64,000 nt of DNA, taken from positions 42,098,001-42,162,000 of the forward strand of contig NC_092351.1 in the NCBI RefSeq assembly GCF_963676685.1. The letters run 5' to 3'. Every line of letters starts with the position of its first letter. Position 1 is the first letter of the stretch. The notes under the pieces are model-generated. The model was not told the origin of the DNA. It made no database searches and saw only the letters and a program-made list of their open reading frames with translations. Made by a program: the position numbers and the translations under genes. Origin of the DNA: Mytilus edulis. Its lineage: Eukaryota. Shown here piece by piece: positions 13,211 to 25,294 of the stretch.

Positions 13211-13804
13211 TAATATAAATGTATTTAATACACCCACGTAGCACAAAACATTTTCAAAACATTTTTATAAGGTTGTATAAATGTCTTCTCAAAACGTTGT
13301 CAAAAAAATATTTTCATGATGTTATGTAAATATTTTGTATTGGATTTTTAAAACATTTATTTAAAACATCTTTTGAAAATAATTAACAATGATATGTAAG
13401 AATATTCATGAAAATAATTCCAATGACATTTTTTAAGATGTTTTGTTTGAATGTTCTATAAATGTTCAGAAGATATGTTGGTTCCACCTCTGAAAAACAT
13501 TTTAAAAGTATATGAGTAGAATATTTTTAACAATATTACTCCGATGTTTTTTGAATATTTTCTAAAAATGTTTCATGAAATATTAAAATAACATATTTTA
13601 ACAAGATTTCTTCATAATATTTGAACATTTCAAAATATACGCTTTTAATATTGAGAAAATTAATTTATAAAACATTTTGTTGCTAATATTTTAACAACAT
13701 TTTAAAATAATATTATGAACACATTTATTCAAAAACATTTAAAAAACGTTTCGCAATTAATATTGAGAGAATGAATTTATAAAATATTTTGTAGCTAATA
13801 TTTG

Positions 13805-14900
13805 CAGGCACGTGACAATTTATTTTCTTTACATGGGGAAAATCAACTATCCCTATCGTAGTATTCATAAGTATAGTGGATCATGTCATGTATAATAGTC
13901 TTATATATCTGTGTGTCGCTTTGTTTAGCCAATATCTACATTCTTAAATAGAGTTGTCGTTCATAAATGTCGTCTTTTGATATTTTCTTGCGTATTAAAA
14001 TATCTTTTAAATTTAAGTTCATACTTAACACTCATTAATGTTATCAATTATTTACATATTGTAAAATATATAAATATTCTTCGTTTATGTTCAGATTAGT
14101 ATGCATTTGTAGATCTTTTAACAGTATCACGCCATTTATGATTATTTATTGATGGTGTATAAGAAAGTTCAGTCAACCATTTTCTGCGACCACTTATGTG
14201 GTGGATTAAACCTGGTTTTATAGATTCTATTTGGAAATCAAGTCTGCGAAGAAGTAGACTTAACAATTCAGCATATCTAATATATCAAACCACACGCTAT
14301 AATAACATTTTGTTATATTGATCCTCAGAAGTAAAAAAAACGAGAAAAAAAGGGATGTAGACAATAAATGTAATTATAGATGTAATATCCATATGATGTA
14401 TTGCAGCCAATGTGAAATATTTCTATCAAATGCCTCAACAGAGGAGAAAAAAACAACAGTGTTATATATTTTTATATTGAAGTTAAAAAAAACTTTAAAA
14501 AGAACATTTAGACTACTGTTTAGAAATGCCCATAGCAATTTTGTAAAGAAATTATCAATATTATGGAAATTCGTTCCGCATTTGTATCATTTGTTATTTT
14601 TGCATTTTACATTATATATTTTCATGTGATAATGTTTGGGAAAGGCATGTGATAATTTTTCTTATCATATATATTTAGAGAAAATAACATATTTTTGACA
14701 GTATGAGAATAGCATATAATTAACGTGAATTCCATATTTTTATGAAATGGTGTTTAGCGGGCTGATATGAAAAAAATATCTCATGCTTCGATTATTATCA
14801 TATGCCTTTCCGTAACGTTATTACATGGCATTCCTGCGATACTCGGCAAATTCCGGAAAATACACCTCAATGGTATATTTTCAGTGAAAAACATTACAAA
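13805..14900. repeat. Dispersed repeat homologous to 25695-26860 (first part direct, last part inverted)
   Basis: ggcacgtgacaatttattttc...ccctatcgtagtat... matches 25697 onward. The segment 14745-14850 is the reverse complement of ~26715-26800. Confidence 0.7.
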
Positions 14901-15119
14901 GTAAGGTACAAAACAATTATTTGGATACTGGAAAGTATATTGTGTAAAATGAAAAAAAGAAACATTGAACATTAAACAAATGATAAAATAAATGCATTTT
15001 TTAAAGTTTCAAACATAATCTAGAAAGTCATTTTAAAAATGATCTAATACCGATCAAGCAATAGAAAGAAAAAAAAATAGCAAGTGTAATAACTGTCATT
15101 TGTAATCCGTAATTGTTGC

Positions 15120-15930
15120 TAAAAGTCTGAAATACAAAAACTAGATTTAGATAAACCATTATGTTTCCAGTCAACGAAAACAATTGTGACAATTATATAG
15201 TTATAGTTATATGTTGTTTCAAAATCTATCAAAGACGAACTGAATTACGATATGGCAAAACTCAAAGAGAGTGTCAATCAAAAAGAGGACAAACCTGAAT
15301 TTGCTGATAAAAGAGAATCAACTGGCAGTAGAAAAAGATATCATAGTGGTATTTTTTAAAATTATTTTGTTACTCAAAATGGTTGTCTTACTATCAGAAA
15401 ACGCTGTGATCAAAACTACTTATCAAGCAATCAATAAACTATTACGAATAAAATAAACAAATCAAAGCCACATGGTTGAATATTCCATCATGTTCACAAA
15501 AAAGAAGCAAAATTAATTTGGGGGTTTTATCTTCATTTTTATAATGATTTCATATTCTATAAGCAGAATCTAATATCACTAATATGTTTTCATTACATCT
15601 ATATAATCATATTTTTCAAAGGTATAACTAACCTCCTTTCACTTTCTGTTCTAGAAAACAATGAAATGGTAATATGATTATTATCCGTTTCAGAATATGT
15701 TCAAACCTGTGTCCGGTGAGCAATTGAAAAATACACCAAAAGAGAAGAAAACTGTTGTAGCAGAGTTTCTGATAGCTTAACTGAATTACAACATGGTCAA
15801 ACTAAAAAAAAGTGCGACAGCCAGAAAGAGAAGAGAATTGAATCGGAGAAAACAAAGCAGGTTTCTGGTGACAGTTATGATGGCATAATGTCGGTGAAAA
15901 GATACTTGGAAGTTAACTTTTCTAATAACA
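15120..15930 (+). pseudogene. Decayed duplicate of the acidic exon-repeat gene (remnants of exons 5390-5635 and 5942-6654)
   Basis: 15121-15200 matches ~4190-4270, and 15212-15930 matches ~5500-6220. The copy has frameshifts (aatgaaatggt vs aatgaagatggt), an in-frame TAA (gcttaa vs gctgaa) and two large deletions. Confidence 0.8.
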
Positions 15931-16223
15931 CTGTCATAGACAGTGGTTTATATTAAAAACTCCAAGATTACTTCAATAAAACAAACTTTCGCGAGCTATT
16001 TAGTTTACTGACTTTTACAAGTAAAAGATAACCCTAATTTGTTAAACTTGAATCTTTTATTAAATTAATGCAAGGAAACTATCATTGAGTAAAAATTTGT
16101 TGTGTAAATTCTGATTTTTTTTTATCTGCAAATTATAATCATAACGCTCATTACCACTTGCAAATTATATTTTAACGCTTATTTCATGTCATATTTTTTT
16201 TAGCTCTTATTTCAAGTCTACTA

Positions 16224-18613
16224 TCATTGTCGTTTATAAATACATTCTTCTCCGTATCTATCCTTAATCACATGAAACATTAAAATGATTAAGTGCATCA
16301 ATGCCACGTTTTGTCTCCCTGTTGGGACTGTTTGCATTAACGACTTTGTATAACACTCAAACGCTTTTTTTAAATCCCCATTATAGAAATAACAATACCC
16401 TAATATGTTCAAATGCCTGAAACTATGGAAAGTTCCTTCGCATTCATTCACTGTAGAGTCTAAAGCATCCATGTAAGCCTTTTGGTCACATTCGGTGCTT
16501 ATCACAGCGAGATATAACATATACACTAACGGATGGATAAAAAAAAATCCCCCAACGGTGCATTCGAATTTCAGAGCATGGGGAACAAACGATATGTCTG
16601 CTCTAGAAAATATTACATCTTGAGCTGTAGAAAGATATTTCTTTGTGTGATCAAAAGGGTTTGGAGGTCCATTCAGCTGAGTTGTAGTACCATTCACAAT
16701 GTGTATTGTCTGGTAATTTGAACAATTGCCAGTGTACAGTAGGTTTTGGGACGGCAAATCAAGGATACTCCGAATAACAGAAATCACTTTTTGAAAATTT
16801 TCGAGTCTTAGACAGTATGTAGCTAAATACAATTTACCAGATAATGCATCAATATTTTGATTATCCTCCAGAAACACCTGTAACTTCTTTATTATGATCT
16901 TCTTCGAAAATATTAATGCAATTCGAATATTAATAAACATACAAACAGCTTCGATGAAGCTGTCTTCGATTTCCGTTATCGGTTTGTTATCAATAAAGCT
17001 TGCCATATATTGAACAAGTTGCTTATCGTCAGCACGAAGAGTTTCTATATTAACTGTTAAAAGGCCTCGACAATAATAATAAAATTCCACTGGCAATCTG
17101 TATGTTTCAATGTCTTTTGTGATTTGAGAACCCAGTCTATCTCTGCATAACCGCAGAAAATAATCAACATCCATTTTACTCTCTCGCCATGGAGATAACA
17201 GGTCAACACCATTGACACATTCCAAAACACGGGCTACAATATAGGCTAAAATTCGTCAATGCATTTGATCATATTTTCTTTAAAAATATGATTTTCAAAT
17301 CTATACGAAAACAAATTTTTTCGACGATCAATGTAGTGCTCCAGATAACGTTTTTCTATGCAATGTTTTAGAAATAGAAGACAATTAATGGTGCAACGAA
17401 GCAAATTTTTCGGTTGCCATAGATGTTGAGCATTATTTTCTGACTGCCAAAGTAGTATTGTTTTCATGTGATATGAGCTCAATTCTTCTGGTGCGATAGG
17501 GTGTAGAAATTTCTTCAAAATATTTTTCATCAATATAAAGCATTGAAGCTGTGTATTATTAAAATTCCATACCAACTCCCTTTCTTGTAACAAAAACGAC
17601 ACTCTCCATTCTAGTGACGATGTGGGTGACATTTTGTCTCCCACAGCGACTACGTGACATTTCAGCTTTGTGATTTTTTCAATAAATTCTGGAGAAGGCC
17701 ATTCATATTTTCTTTTTCTGTTGATCCACTCATAGCCTTCAATTGGCCATTCGTATAACGTTATTCCAAAGGCATAATCTCGTTTCAATGATGCACCTAG
17801 CCTTTTCTTAATTAAGCCGTATGTGTCTATATTAGCCGCAGTGGCACTTGGTCCATGACGGGATGTTTTTGTTGGTGTATCTGCTGTCTTCGTCTTTCTC
17901 AGGAAATCCATCAATAAATCAACTATTTTATCATTTGAAAGAAATGTTTTGTCTCTTTCGATTGTTTCCAACATATCAGCAATAGTCTTTCCATGATCAT
18001 TAAAAATTGTTTTTATGTTTGGATCAAGTTTTACAGGAATCAATCTAGCAAACCCTGGACGGCAAACTGAAGTGTCTAGAATAAAAAACTGTCCTTCGAT
18101 ATTTTTTGCTTGGTCTCTTTCCTTACAAGCCGTAATATTTGAATCAACGATCATGTAGTCGATATCGCAATCTTCCAAGTTAGTTCCTTCTGCCGCACTT
18201 CCACCGTAGAATTTGCGACTTGAACATTCATGCCGTACATAATACAAATATTCTAGTGTAAGCATAGCGTTCTTTTGCCCTTTAGACTTACAAGAGGATG
18301 TCATTTTAAAGAATGTTGCCTTAGAGACAACATCGGATACTTTTTCCAAGTCAAATTCATTGATCTGAAAATGAAAAATATACCGTGTTAGAGTTTTTTT
18401 GGTTTGGTTTTTCCCATAACCGACATCAATTTACAAAACTTTAAACGAACATATTTCATGTAATAATTCGTTATTTTCTACACACTTTGCATGTGTCCTA
18501 TTTTTTTTATACCGGTACTTTTTAATGTATGGATGAATACAGATACTGCGCCTAAAGAGAAATGTACAGGTAACATCATTGTATACACTCACCTCTCGAG
18601 ATCCTGAGAGCAT
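16224..18613 (-). pseudogene. Second cGLR (Mab-21 + TPR) paralog; predicted exon 1 18593-18613 and exon 2 16224-18364; one 1-bp frameshift near 17250 (pseudogene or assembly error)
   Basis: ORFs 17246-18349 and 16224-17225 align end to end with the 8008-10245 protein. Adding one base at ...gac gaa [a]tt tta gcc restores a single frame. Catalytic motifs GGSAAEG..DCDIDYM and RDYAFGI are intact. ATG CTC TCA GGA TCT CGA GAG|gtgagt ... ttttcag|ATC AAT GAA splices in frame. Confidence 0.85.
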
Positions 18614-18626
18614 ATGATTGTAATTT

Positions 18627-18706
18627 GGGAAACTCCAGGCGCTTAATTTTCAGCAATGCAAATTTGAATGTCTTTTAATATATTGGTCAATTTAAATGAT
18701 TTGCAT
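18627..18706 (-). promoter_or_regulatory. Putative cGLR copy 2 promoter/5' region with kappa-B-like site, octamers and CCAAT
   Basis: GGGAAACTCC (18627-18636) fits GGGRNNYYCC; ATGCAAAT at 18656-18663; ATTGG at 18682-18686; ATTTGCAT at 18699-18706. Confidence 0.4.
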
Positions 18707-19029
18707 GAATAAATACCGCGTTAATGATCCTGCTGTATTTTTTCAAATAATAGTCAAGTGATGTTAGTAGCTCTCGGTATGGAAGTAAAATGTCAATATA
18801 ATACTTCCATGCACCCAGAGACATTCGATTTGCGTTTGCTAATATAATTGTTGCCATCGAAAACGTCCTGGATACTTAGATGCTTAATATTTTGGTAGAA
18901 TTGTATTTATATCAAATTTCATTTTCTATCACTGAGTCAATGATTGAAAATAATCTTGAGATAATCACTTTGTTTTTGGTCGGGTCACGCACTGGCTCAG
19001 TCTTTACTGCAGTTATTCGGGATGTGGTC

Positions 19030-19448
19030 TGATCTGACCGTCACTGATGAGTACATGTAGAAGAAACGCGCGTCGGGTGTATTAAATTATAATACTGATA
19101 CCTGTTTACATCACTGGGTCGATGCAACTACTGGTGGACGTTTCGTTCCCGATGGTATTACCAGCCCAGTAGTCAGCACTTGTATCAATTATATGATCAT
19201 TTTTATAAATTTCCTGTTTACACAACTTTGCATTTTTCGAAAAACTAAGAATTTTCTTATCCCAGGCATAGATTACAATATCTATATTTGGTACAACTTT
19301 TTGAAATTTTTGGACCTCAATGCTATTCAACTTTGTACTTGTTATGCTTAATAACTATTTTGATCTGAGCGTCACTGATGAGTCTTATGTAGACGAAACG
19401 CGCGTCACACTAATTAATTATAATCCTGGTACCTTTGATATTAACTAT
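19030..19448 (+). mobile_element. Non-LTR retrozyme-like insertion: ~332-nt unit bounded by two direct-repeat type I hammerhead motifs
   Basis: CTGATGA at 19044 and 19375, each followed by a short stem II, GAAACGCGCGTC and the same flanks (tgatctga.cgtca ... aattataat.ctg.tacct). Predicted cleavage sites fall after 19074 and 19406. The segment is absent from the paralogous region near 10865. Confidence 0.8.
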
Positions 19449-21618
19449 TGTAGATTTGATTGCCTTTTCTTTGTAATTTTTAGTCATAGGTTGTCTGGAC
19501 TTTTTCATCTTGCGATTTTTTTCCTGTAACTTTTCCGTCTTTTTTTTTTTTACATAAAGACAACGGCATAAGATTAAACTGTTTACCTCAGTCCTGATTG
19601 ATTATCAACAAGATATTTTTCCCAAATATACCACATTGAGTTTAAACACGTTATAGTAAAACTAAAAGTATTGATGTCATAGAAACCTGTTTGCTAATAG
19701 ATCGCTGTGAAATTCTAGAAAAAGCATGAAAAAAAATCCCATTATTTAATGGTCTTTCTGTCTATATTGAAATTCGTATCGACCTCAAAATTATTCAGTC
19801 CATAGGACAATAATTGTTCAATACGTGTTAAGGTTGAATCATTATTATCTAGAAAGTTTATTATCACCCATTTTCTTGTTGGAACATTGAAAAAGATAAC
19901 TTATTGAAATTCAAGGTTAAGCGTAATATTGATGATAAACGAAACTAAAAATTGCTTTATAAATATGTTTAAATATAACATACCAACGATGAGTTTGATG
20001 TTGATTGTGTCATTTCCTAGACTTAATCTTAGGCTAAATGAAGGTAAGCTATCTGCCTGTTTCTTTCCGTCATTAGTTGCATATGCTCAAAACGAATACC
20101 TAAAGGAAGTAGTTCTTAGCATGTCACGTGGTTTGTTTAAATTATCTCTGTATCTGTATCTGTATCTGTATGGGTACGTCGTAGTTACCACTTCTGGCTT
20201 TTATACAAATTATAATAAATATATATGATCAGACAGGCGGAGGAAACCCAATTGAATTTAAACAAAAGAAATGTGAACTCTTTGTTAGAAATATCTAAAG
20301 GTATACAAGCAAAGTTGATATATCTGAATTGTTTACATCTGTTTCTATGGGCTTTAAACGTTTAAGGTTTATGACCCCTTCTGTAGCCATTTTTCTACAA
20401 ATTTTTCAAACTTCAATTGTATCAAAACTACAGATATAATGAATAATAGAGATAGACAATTTAGTACAAATACCAAGGGTAAAATTGATGAAAAGCATAA
20501 TTCTTTACTGTTCCATTGCATTTACTAGATAAAGGGTACTTTGTGGCAAATAAACCAAGATTTTTATCGAAAATCCACAGTCAGTCATCAAATTGGCAAA
20601 TATGAGAGTACAAAGATAAAGGCTGTGGATTTTCTATAAAATTTCCACATGTTTATAATTGAATCAACACAAGGGTACATAAACCTTAATAAAGATGCAC
20701 AATTTAGGATTTTATGCATCTTCTATAAGTGTTTTACTTTAATTATAGTATGGAGATTCAAGATATTTGTAAAGTTTTGAATTATAGACAAACTTTCATA
20801 AAACTGTCGATTGTGGCCGTTCAAATCGAAGTGGATCTTTTAGTGCATAAGCATGAATTCCGTCGAAAAGATCCACAAAAAGATAATAGATTGATCATTC
20901 GAAAGCATTAATTTGAATTTCTGCAGTGCCGCCGGCGCTAGTTTTTTTTTGGGGAAAATCCTTACAATGGACAATAATTGCACCGAAAAGAGCCAAGTCG
21001 AGTTCGCCTTTTCAAGTTCAGGTGTGTTTGGGTTGCATACTATTCTGTCTTGAAAACGTAGAAAGCACAAATATTTGATACATCATCTCGCTTCAGATTC
21101 TATTATTTTTTTTTAAAGATTTAGGCTAAAGGTTGAAAAATCACGGTAATAAAAAAATGGAATATATGGGTCAAGTGAAATATCTTACTGATGAGTCATA
21201 AAAACTAGGTGTGTTCGGATAACAAATTTTAACAAAAAGTATTTGACGACGGACTTTTTAACTGGATCTTTAAAAATGCGTAACTTCAAAAAAACTTCAT
21301 TTTTAGTTTGTTTATTCTGGAGAAATTAGTCTTCAAACTCTGCCCTTCCACGAAATATTTAATTCGAATTTTTATGTTTTTAAACTTCTGAAGTTCTGAA
21401 TGCTGAAAAGCAAATACAATGATCCTCAATATAGCTAGCAGCTAGATAAAGGACAGTGTACGATAGGGCCCTTCCCCCTCCCAACCCCCGCCCTAATTTC
21501 TCATTTTTCAGATTCTGTTTTGGAAAGCTAATCATGTTAAAATATTCACTGATGTTTGAAGTTTGTTTGAATGAACATTAAAACCACTAATTTTATCAAC
21601 TGGGTGAGGGGGTATTAA

Positions 21619-22277
21619 AGGGGCACTAGCTGTCAAATTCATGGTCACCGATTTGACTCAAATTCTCATATTTGATTTTTAACTATGTAAAACATTTATC
21701 CAAACTATCAAAAGTCTAAAATAAACAGTTTACAGCGCATGGGGTAGATAATATATAGGTTCGTTTCGTGTGTATTTTAGTCCAGACGCCATCCAATTAA
21801 CTATCGATTTGACCTCAGATGACCATATAAGCGATGTAAACATAAATAAAGATATGAATAGATTAAACCAACACGTGCAATTGGATTTTTATAGGTCTGT
21901 TTGATTTTATTTTATAGATTAAAAATAGATGTTTCTCATTGTTTTTAACCGTATAAGAATGATTTTATGTTGATCGAATTAGTAATCAAATGATTTACCG
22001 TAGTTTCACTTTCATTGTTGACATTCTTTTTCTTTAAATAACCAGTACACGTACAATGCATGCGTTGTCAATCTCTAGCTAGGGGTTAAATTGAAGTTCA
22101 CATGAATACGGATTTAAAGAGGTCGACTCATTCACTTGCAAGTGAATGACTAATTATCAATGTTTCTTAGCGTAATTTGACAAAATTGAACCTTTTTGGT
22201 TGCAAAAAGCGAATTGTTATTTCACTATTTCACTTTCATTATTGATTGAACAGATATATCTCGTAGCTAGTGCCCCT
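21619..22277. mobile_element. Non-autonomous TTAA-specific DNA transposon (Kolobok-like)
   Basis: ttaa|aggggcactagct ... agctagtgcccct|ttaa: a perfect 13-bp TIR with TTAA TSD and purine-purine termini. Confidence 0.85.
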
Positions 22278-22461
22278 TTAAACTATCTGTTATTATTCAA
22301 ATATTGTAATTATTATTCCTTTGCAGGTGTTCCGTATAACGATTTTTAAGTTTTAAAGTGCCTGCGCCAACGTGACCCATGATATTTTTTTATTCCAATG
22401 TCATTAGCACTGTCTTTTTCTGTCTAAATCGCCATAATTTTCTCCGGGACACGTACACCGC

Positions 22462-23225
22462 GTATCATCGTACAGCGGATATAGGTACTAACCAAGCGGG
22501 CATGATCGATTTTGAACTGACACGGTTATGAAAATCTTTATTTTGTTTTATCAACATTCAGTGTACATTTCTCAACATCTGAAATTCCTGCTCCAAAATA
22601 ATTTTCGCATCGATTTTTTTCCTATTTTAAGACAACTTTTATATTCTAATATAAAGAACAATTAACTTGTAAAAGCGCAAATAGTTGTGAAGGTCAATTT
22701 CAACTTTCAATTTCGATATAATTGTCGAGACATTTACATGTTTTATCTGAAAGAAAGCTAATACAGGGCAAAAGTAAAAGTTACCAACCATAAACCTACC
22801 TGTGAGAACTCATTCCTTGAAACTTTTTGGGTTATAAACGAGTATAAAAATTTTGTTTTTGTGGACGGTGTACAGCAACTTAACTATGCACCGTACAGAA
22901 GGATTTATGTGGTCAGCTAAACACCGTACACAACGCTTCTTTTCGGGATAAAATATCGAAAAAAACATATGCATGAAAGATTTCAATGCCAATTATTGAT
23001 ACAGCTATACGTATTACACACGCACAGACAGTGGCCTTCTATGCAATGAATATATAAAATTATATCGGATGAGACGAGAGCTTACTTCTTTCACAAGTAT
23101 TTGCACATGTTTTTAGTAATCGTTCTTGTTTTAAGAAAAATAATGAGACATCTCTAATCATCAACCTACGACCAAATCATTTCTCAAAACAACAATTATG
23201 TTTAGATTGAAATACAACAAAATTA
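22462..23225. mobile_element. Truncated copy of the MITE at 58625-59491
   Basis: Colinear similarity over ~750 bp starting at gtatcatcgtacagcggatataggtactaaccaagcgggcatg; the right TIR is missing. Confidence 0.8.
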
Positions 23226-24938
23226 TTAATTGGTGCTTAGAAAAAAATAAAATAAAAATATAACAGTGATTTAATTTTTTTTTGGTGGATTGTTATCCCA
23301 TGTATATTTCTTGGTAAAACTATGTACATGTTAGGCAGTTTTTAGAATATTTGTGAAAGAGCAGATATAGACATCTGCTCTTTGAAGCCGTCGACTGTTG
23401 TACAAAGGATTGCTGATGTAGGAAGTAGGTTCCATTGTACTATTGTATGTGGGTAAAATGAAAACTTGTAAGAATCTTTATTTGTTTGAATTTGTTTAAA
23501 GTGGTTGGTATGTTTATGTCTTGTTCTACTGTCTGATTTAACAACGAAGAAGATCTTTAGGGTAAATTGCTATGTGTTGGTGTATGACCTTATAGAATAC
23601 CACTAGTCTTGTTTGTATTCGTCTCAATTCTAATGTAGGCCACTGTAGGTGATCAAGCATATTTGAGACAGAGCTGGTATTGTGATATCTATTACATGTG
23701 TAGCGAGCAGCTCTTCGTTGGGCCATCTCAATTTGGTTGATTTGATTTTTGGTGTGAGGGTCCCAGACGAAAGAACTGTACTCAAGCTTAATTAGGTCTG
23801 ACTAATGACATGTATGCCCTTTCTTTGATTTTTTGGGGATGAAACTTTAAGGTTACTTTTTAGAAAATTAAGTTGTCTGTTTGCATAAGCTGTTACATTA
23901 TTTATGTGTTTATTCCATTTTAGAGCAGATTGTATGGTTATGCCTAAATATTTTGTAGCTGTTTCAGTTTGGAGGATGTGACCATGAAGGATGTAGACAT
24001 GGTTGACTGGTTTCTTTTTTGTGTAGTTCTAAGTATGGAGCATTTGTCTGGGTGAAATGACATATTAATTACCAGTCTTTTTTCCCATTGTGCAGCTGAA
24101 TTTAAATCCTGTTGTAGTTAGGCAGCATCGTCTATGTTTTTGATGTTTCTATAGATGATGCTGTCATCGGCAAATAATCTTAAGGTGCTGTGTTGTAAAT
24201 ATTCTGGGAAATCATTTATGTAAATGAGGAATAAAATTGGGCCAAGGACAGTGCCCTGTGGCACCCCAGATGTTACCCCAATTTTTTCTGATTGCTCTCC
24301 ATCTAGCATGACTGTTTGTGTACGATGGTGTAAAAAGTCACCAATCCATTCCAAGGTATTAAATATATTGTTTATGCCGTAGTATTTTTATTTGTAAAGT
24401 AACCTTTTGTGAGAGACCTTGTCAAAAGCTTTGGCAAAGTCCATCACAACGACATCAGTTTGTATGTTAATATTGTTGTCTCTTGCAAGGTCTTGAATGA
24501 AAGATAGTAATTGTGTCTAACAAGAGCGTTTTGATTGGAAACCATGTTGTAAATCATATAAAATAGACTAGCTATGATATGCTCCAAAATTATTAATTCG
24601 TATATTTAAACAAATTTGATTCGTTTAGGGATGGTCACATGTTAAACTATATTTTCGAAGGTAAATAGAAAACGGCGGATAGCAAAAAGCATATTGACAG
24701 ACAAAAAGCATATTGCACGGTTATTCATGTAATGAATTTCAGGATATTGTTTAACGTTTTGAAACAAATGATATCTGTGAACGATTATTTGACGAAAAAA
24801 ATCTTCAAATACATAAGATGTCCAAAAAAAAGTAAATGCAATAACAACTAATTTGTTGTTATTGTCAAGGAGACAATGTAATATCTATAAACCTAAATGA
24901 CGATTTTGATACAAACATGGTCGGAAATTAATAATATA

Positions 24939-25079
24939 ACAAATATAGCCTTTGTATAAGGTCAATACAGGATATATCGACCCAAAGAAGTATATCGACC
25001 TCGGACTTCGTCCTCAGTCAATATACTTCTTTCAGGTCAATATATCCTTGTATCGACCTCATACAAAGGCTATATTTGT
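24939..25079. repeat. ~140-bp imperfect palindrome (long hairpin) at the end of the insertion splitting the LINE
   Basis: acaaatatagcctttgtataaggtcaatacaggatatat...gaagtatat / atatacttc...atatatccttgtatcgacctcatacaaaggctatatttgt. Confidence 0.85.
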
Positions 25080-25294
25080 GAGGGCCCTCATGGGGTTTTT
25101 GATTATGTGATTACTTGGCCGTTTTTTTAATGATTATTTGATTATTAAGCCAAATATTTCATGATTATTTGATTACCTAGGACTGTATTTTTAGTTTATG
25201 ATTATTTGATTACTAAAGATAAGCAAATATTTAATGATTATGTGATTATATTGGCAAAAAAATGGTGACCCCCCCCCCCCCCATGAGGGGCCTC
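25080..25294. mobile_element. 215-bp MITE with 15-bp TIR, 6-bp TSD (atttgt) and internal tgatta subrepeats
   Basis: atttgt|gagggccctcatggg ... cccatgaggggcctc|atttgt, with about five tgattat(t/g)tgatta motifs inside. Confidence 0.8.
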
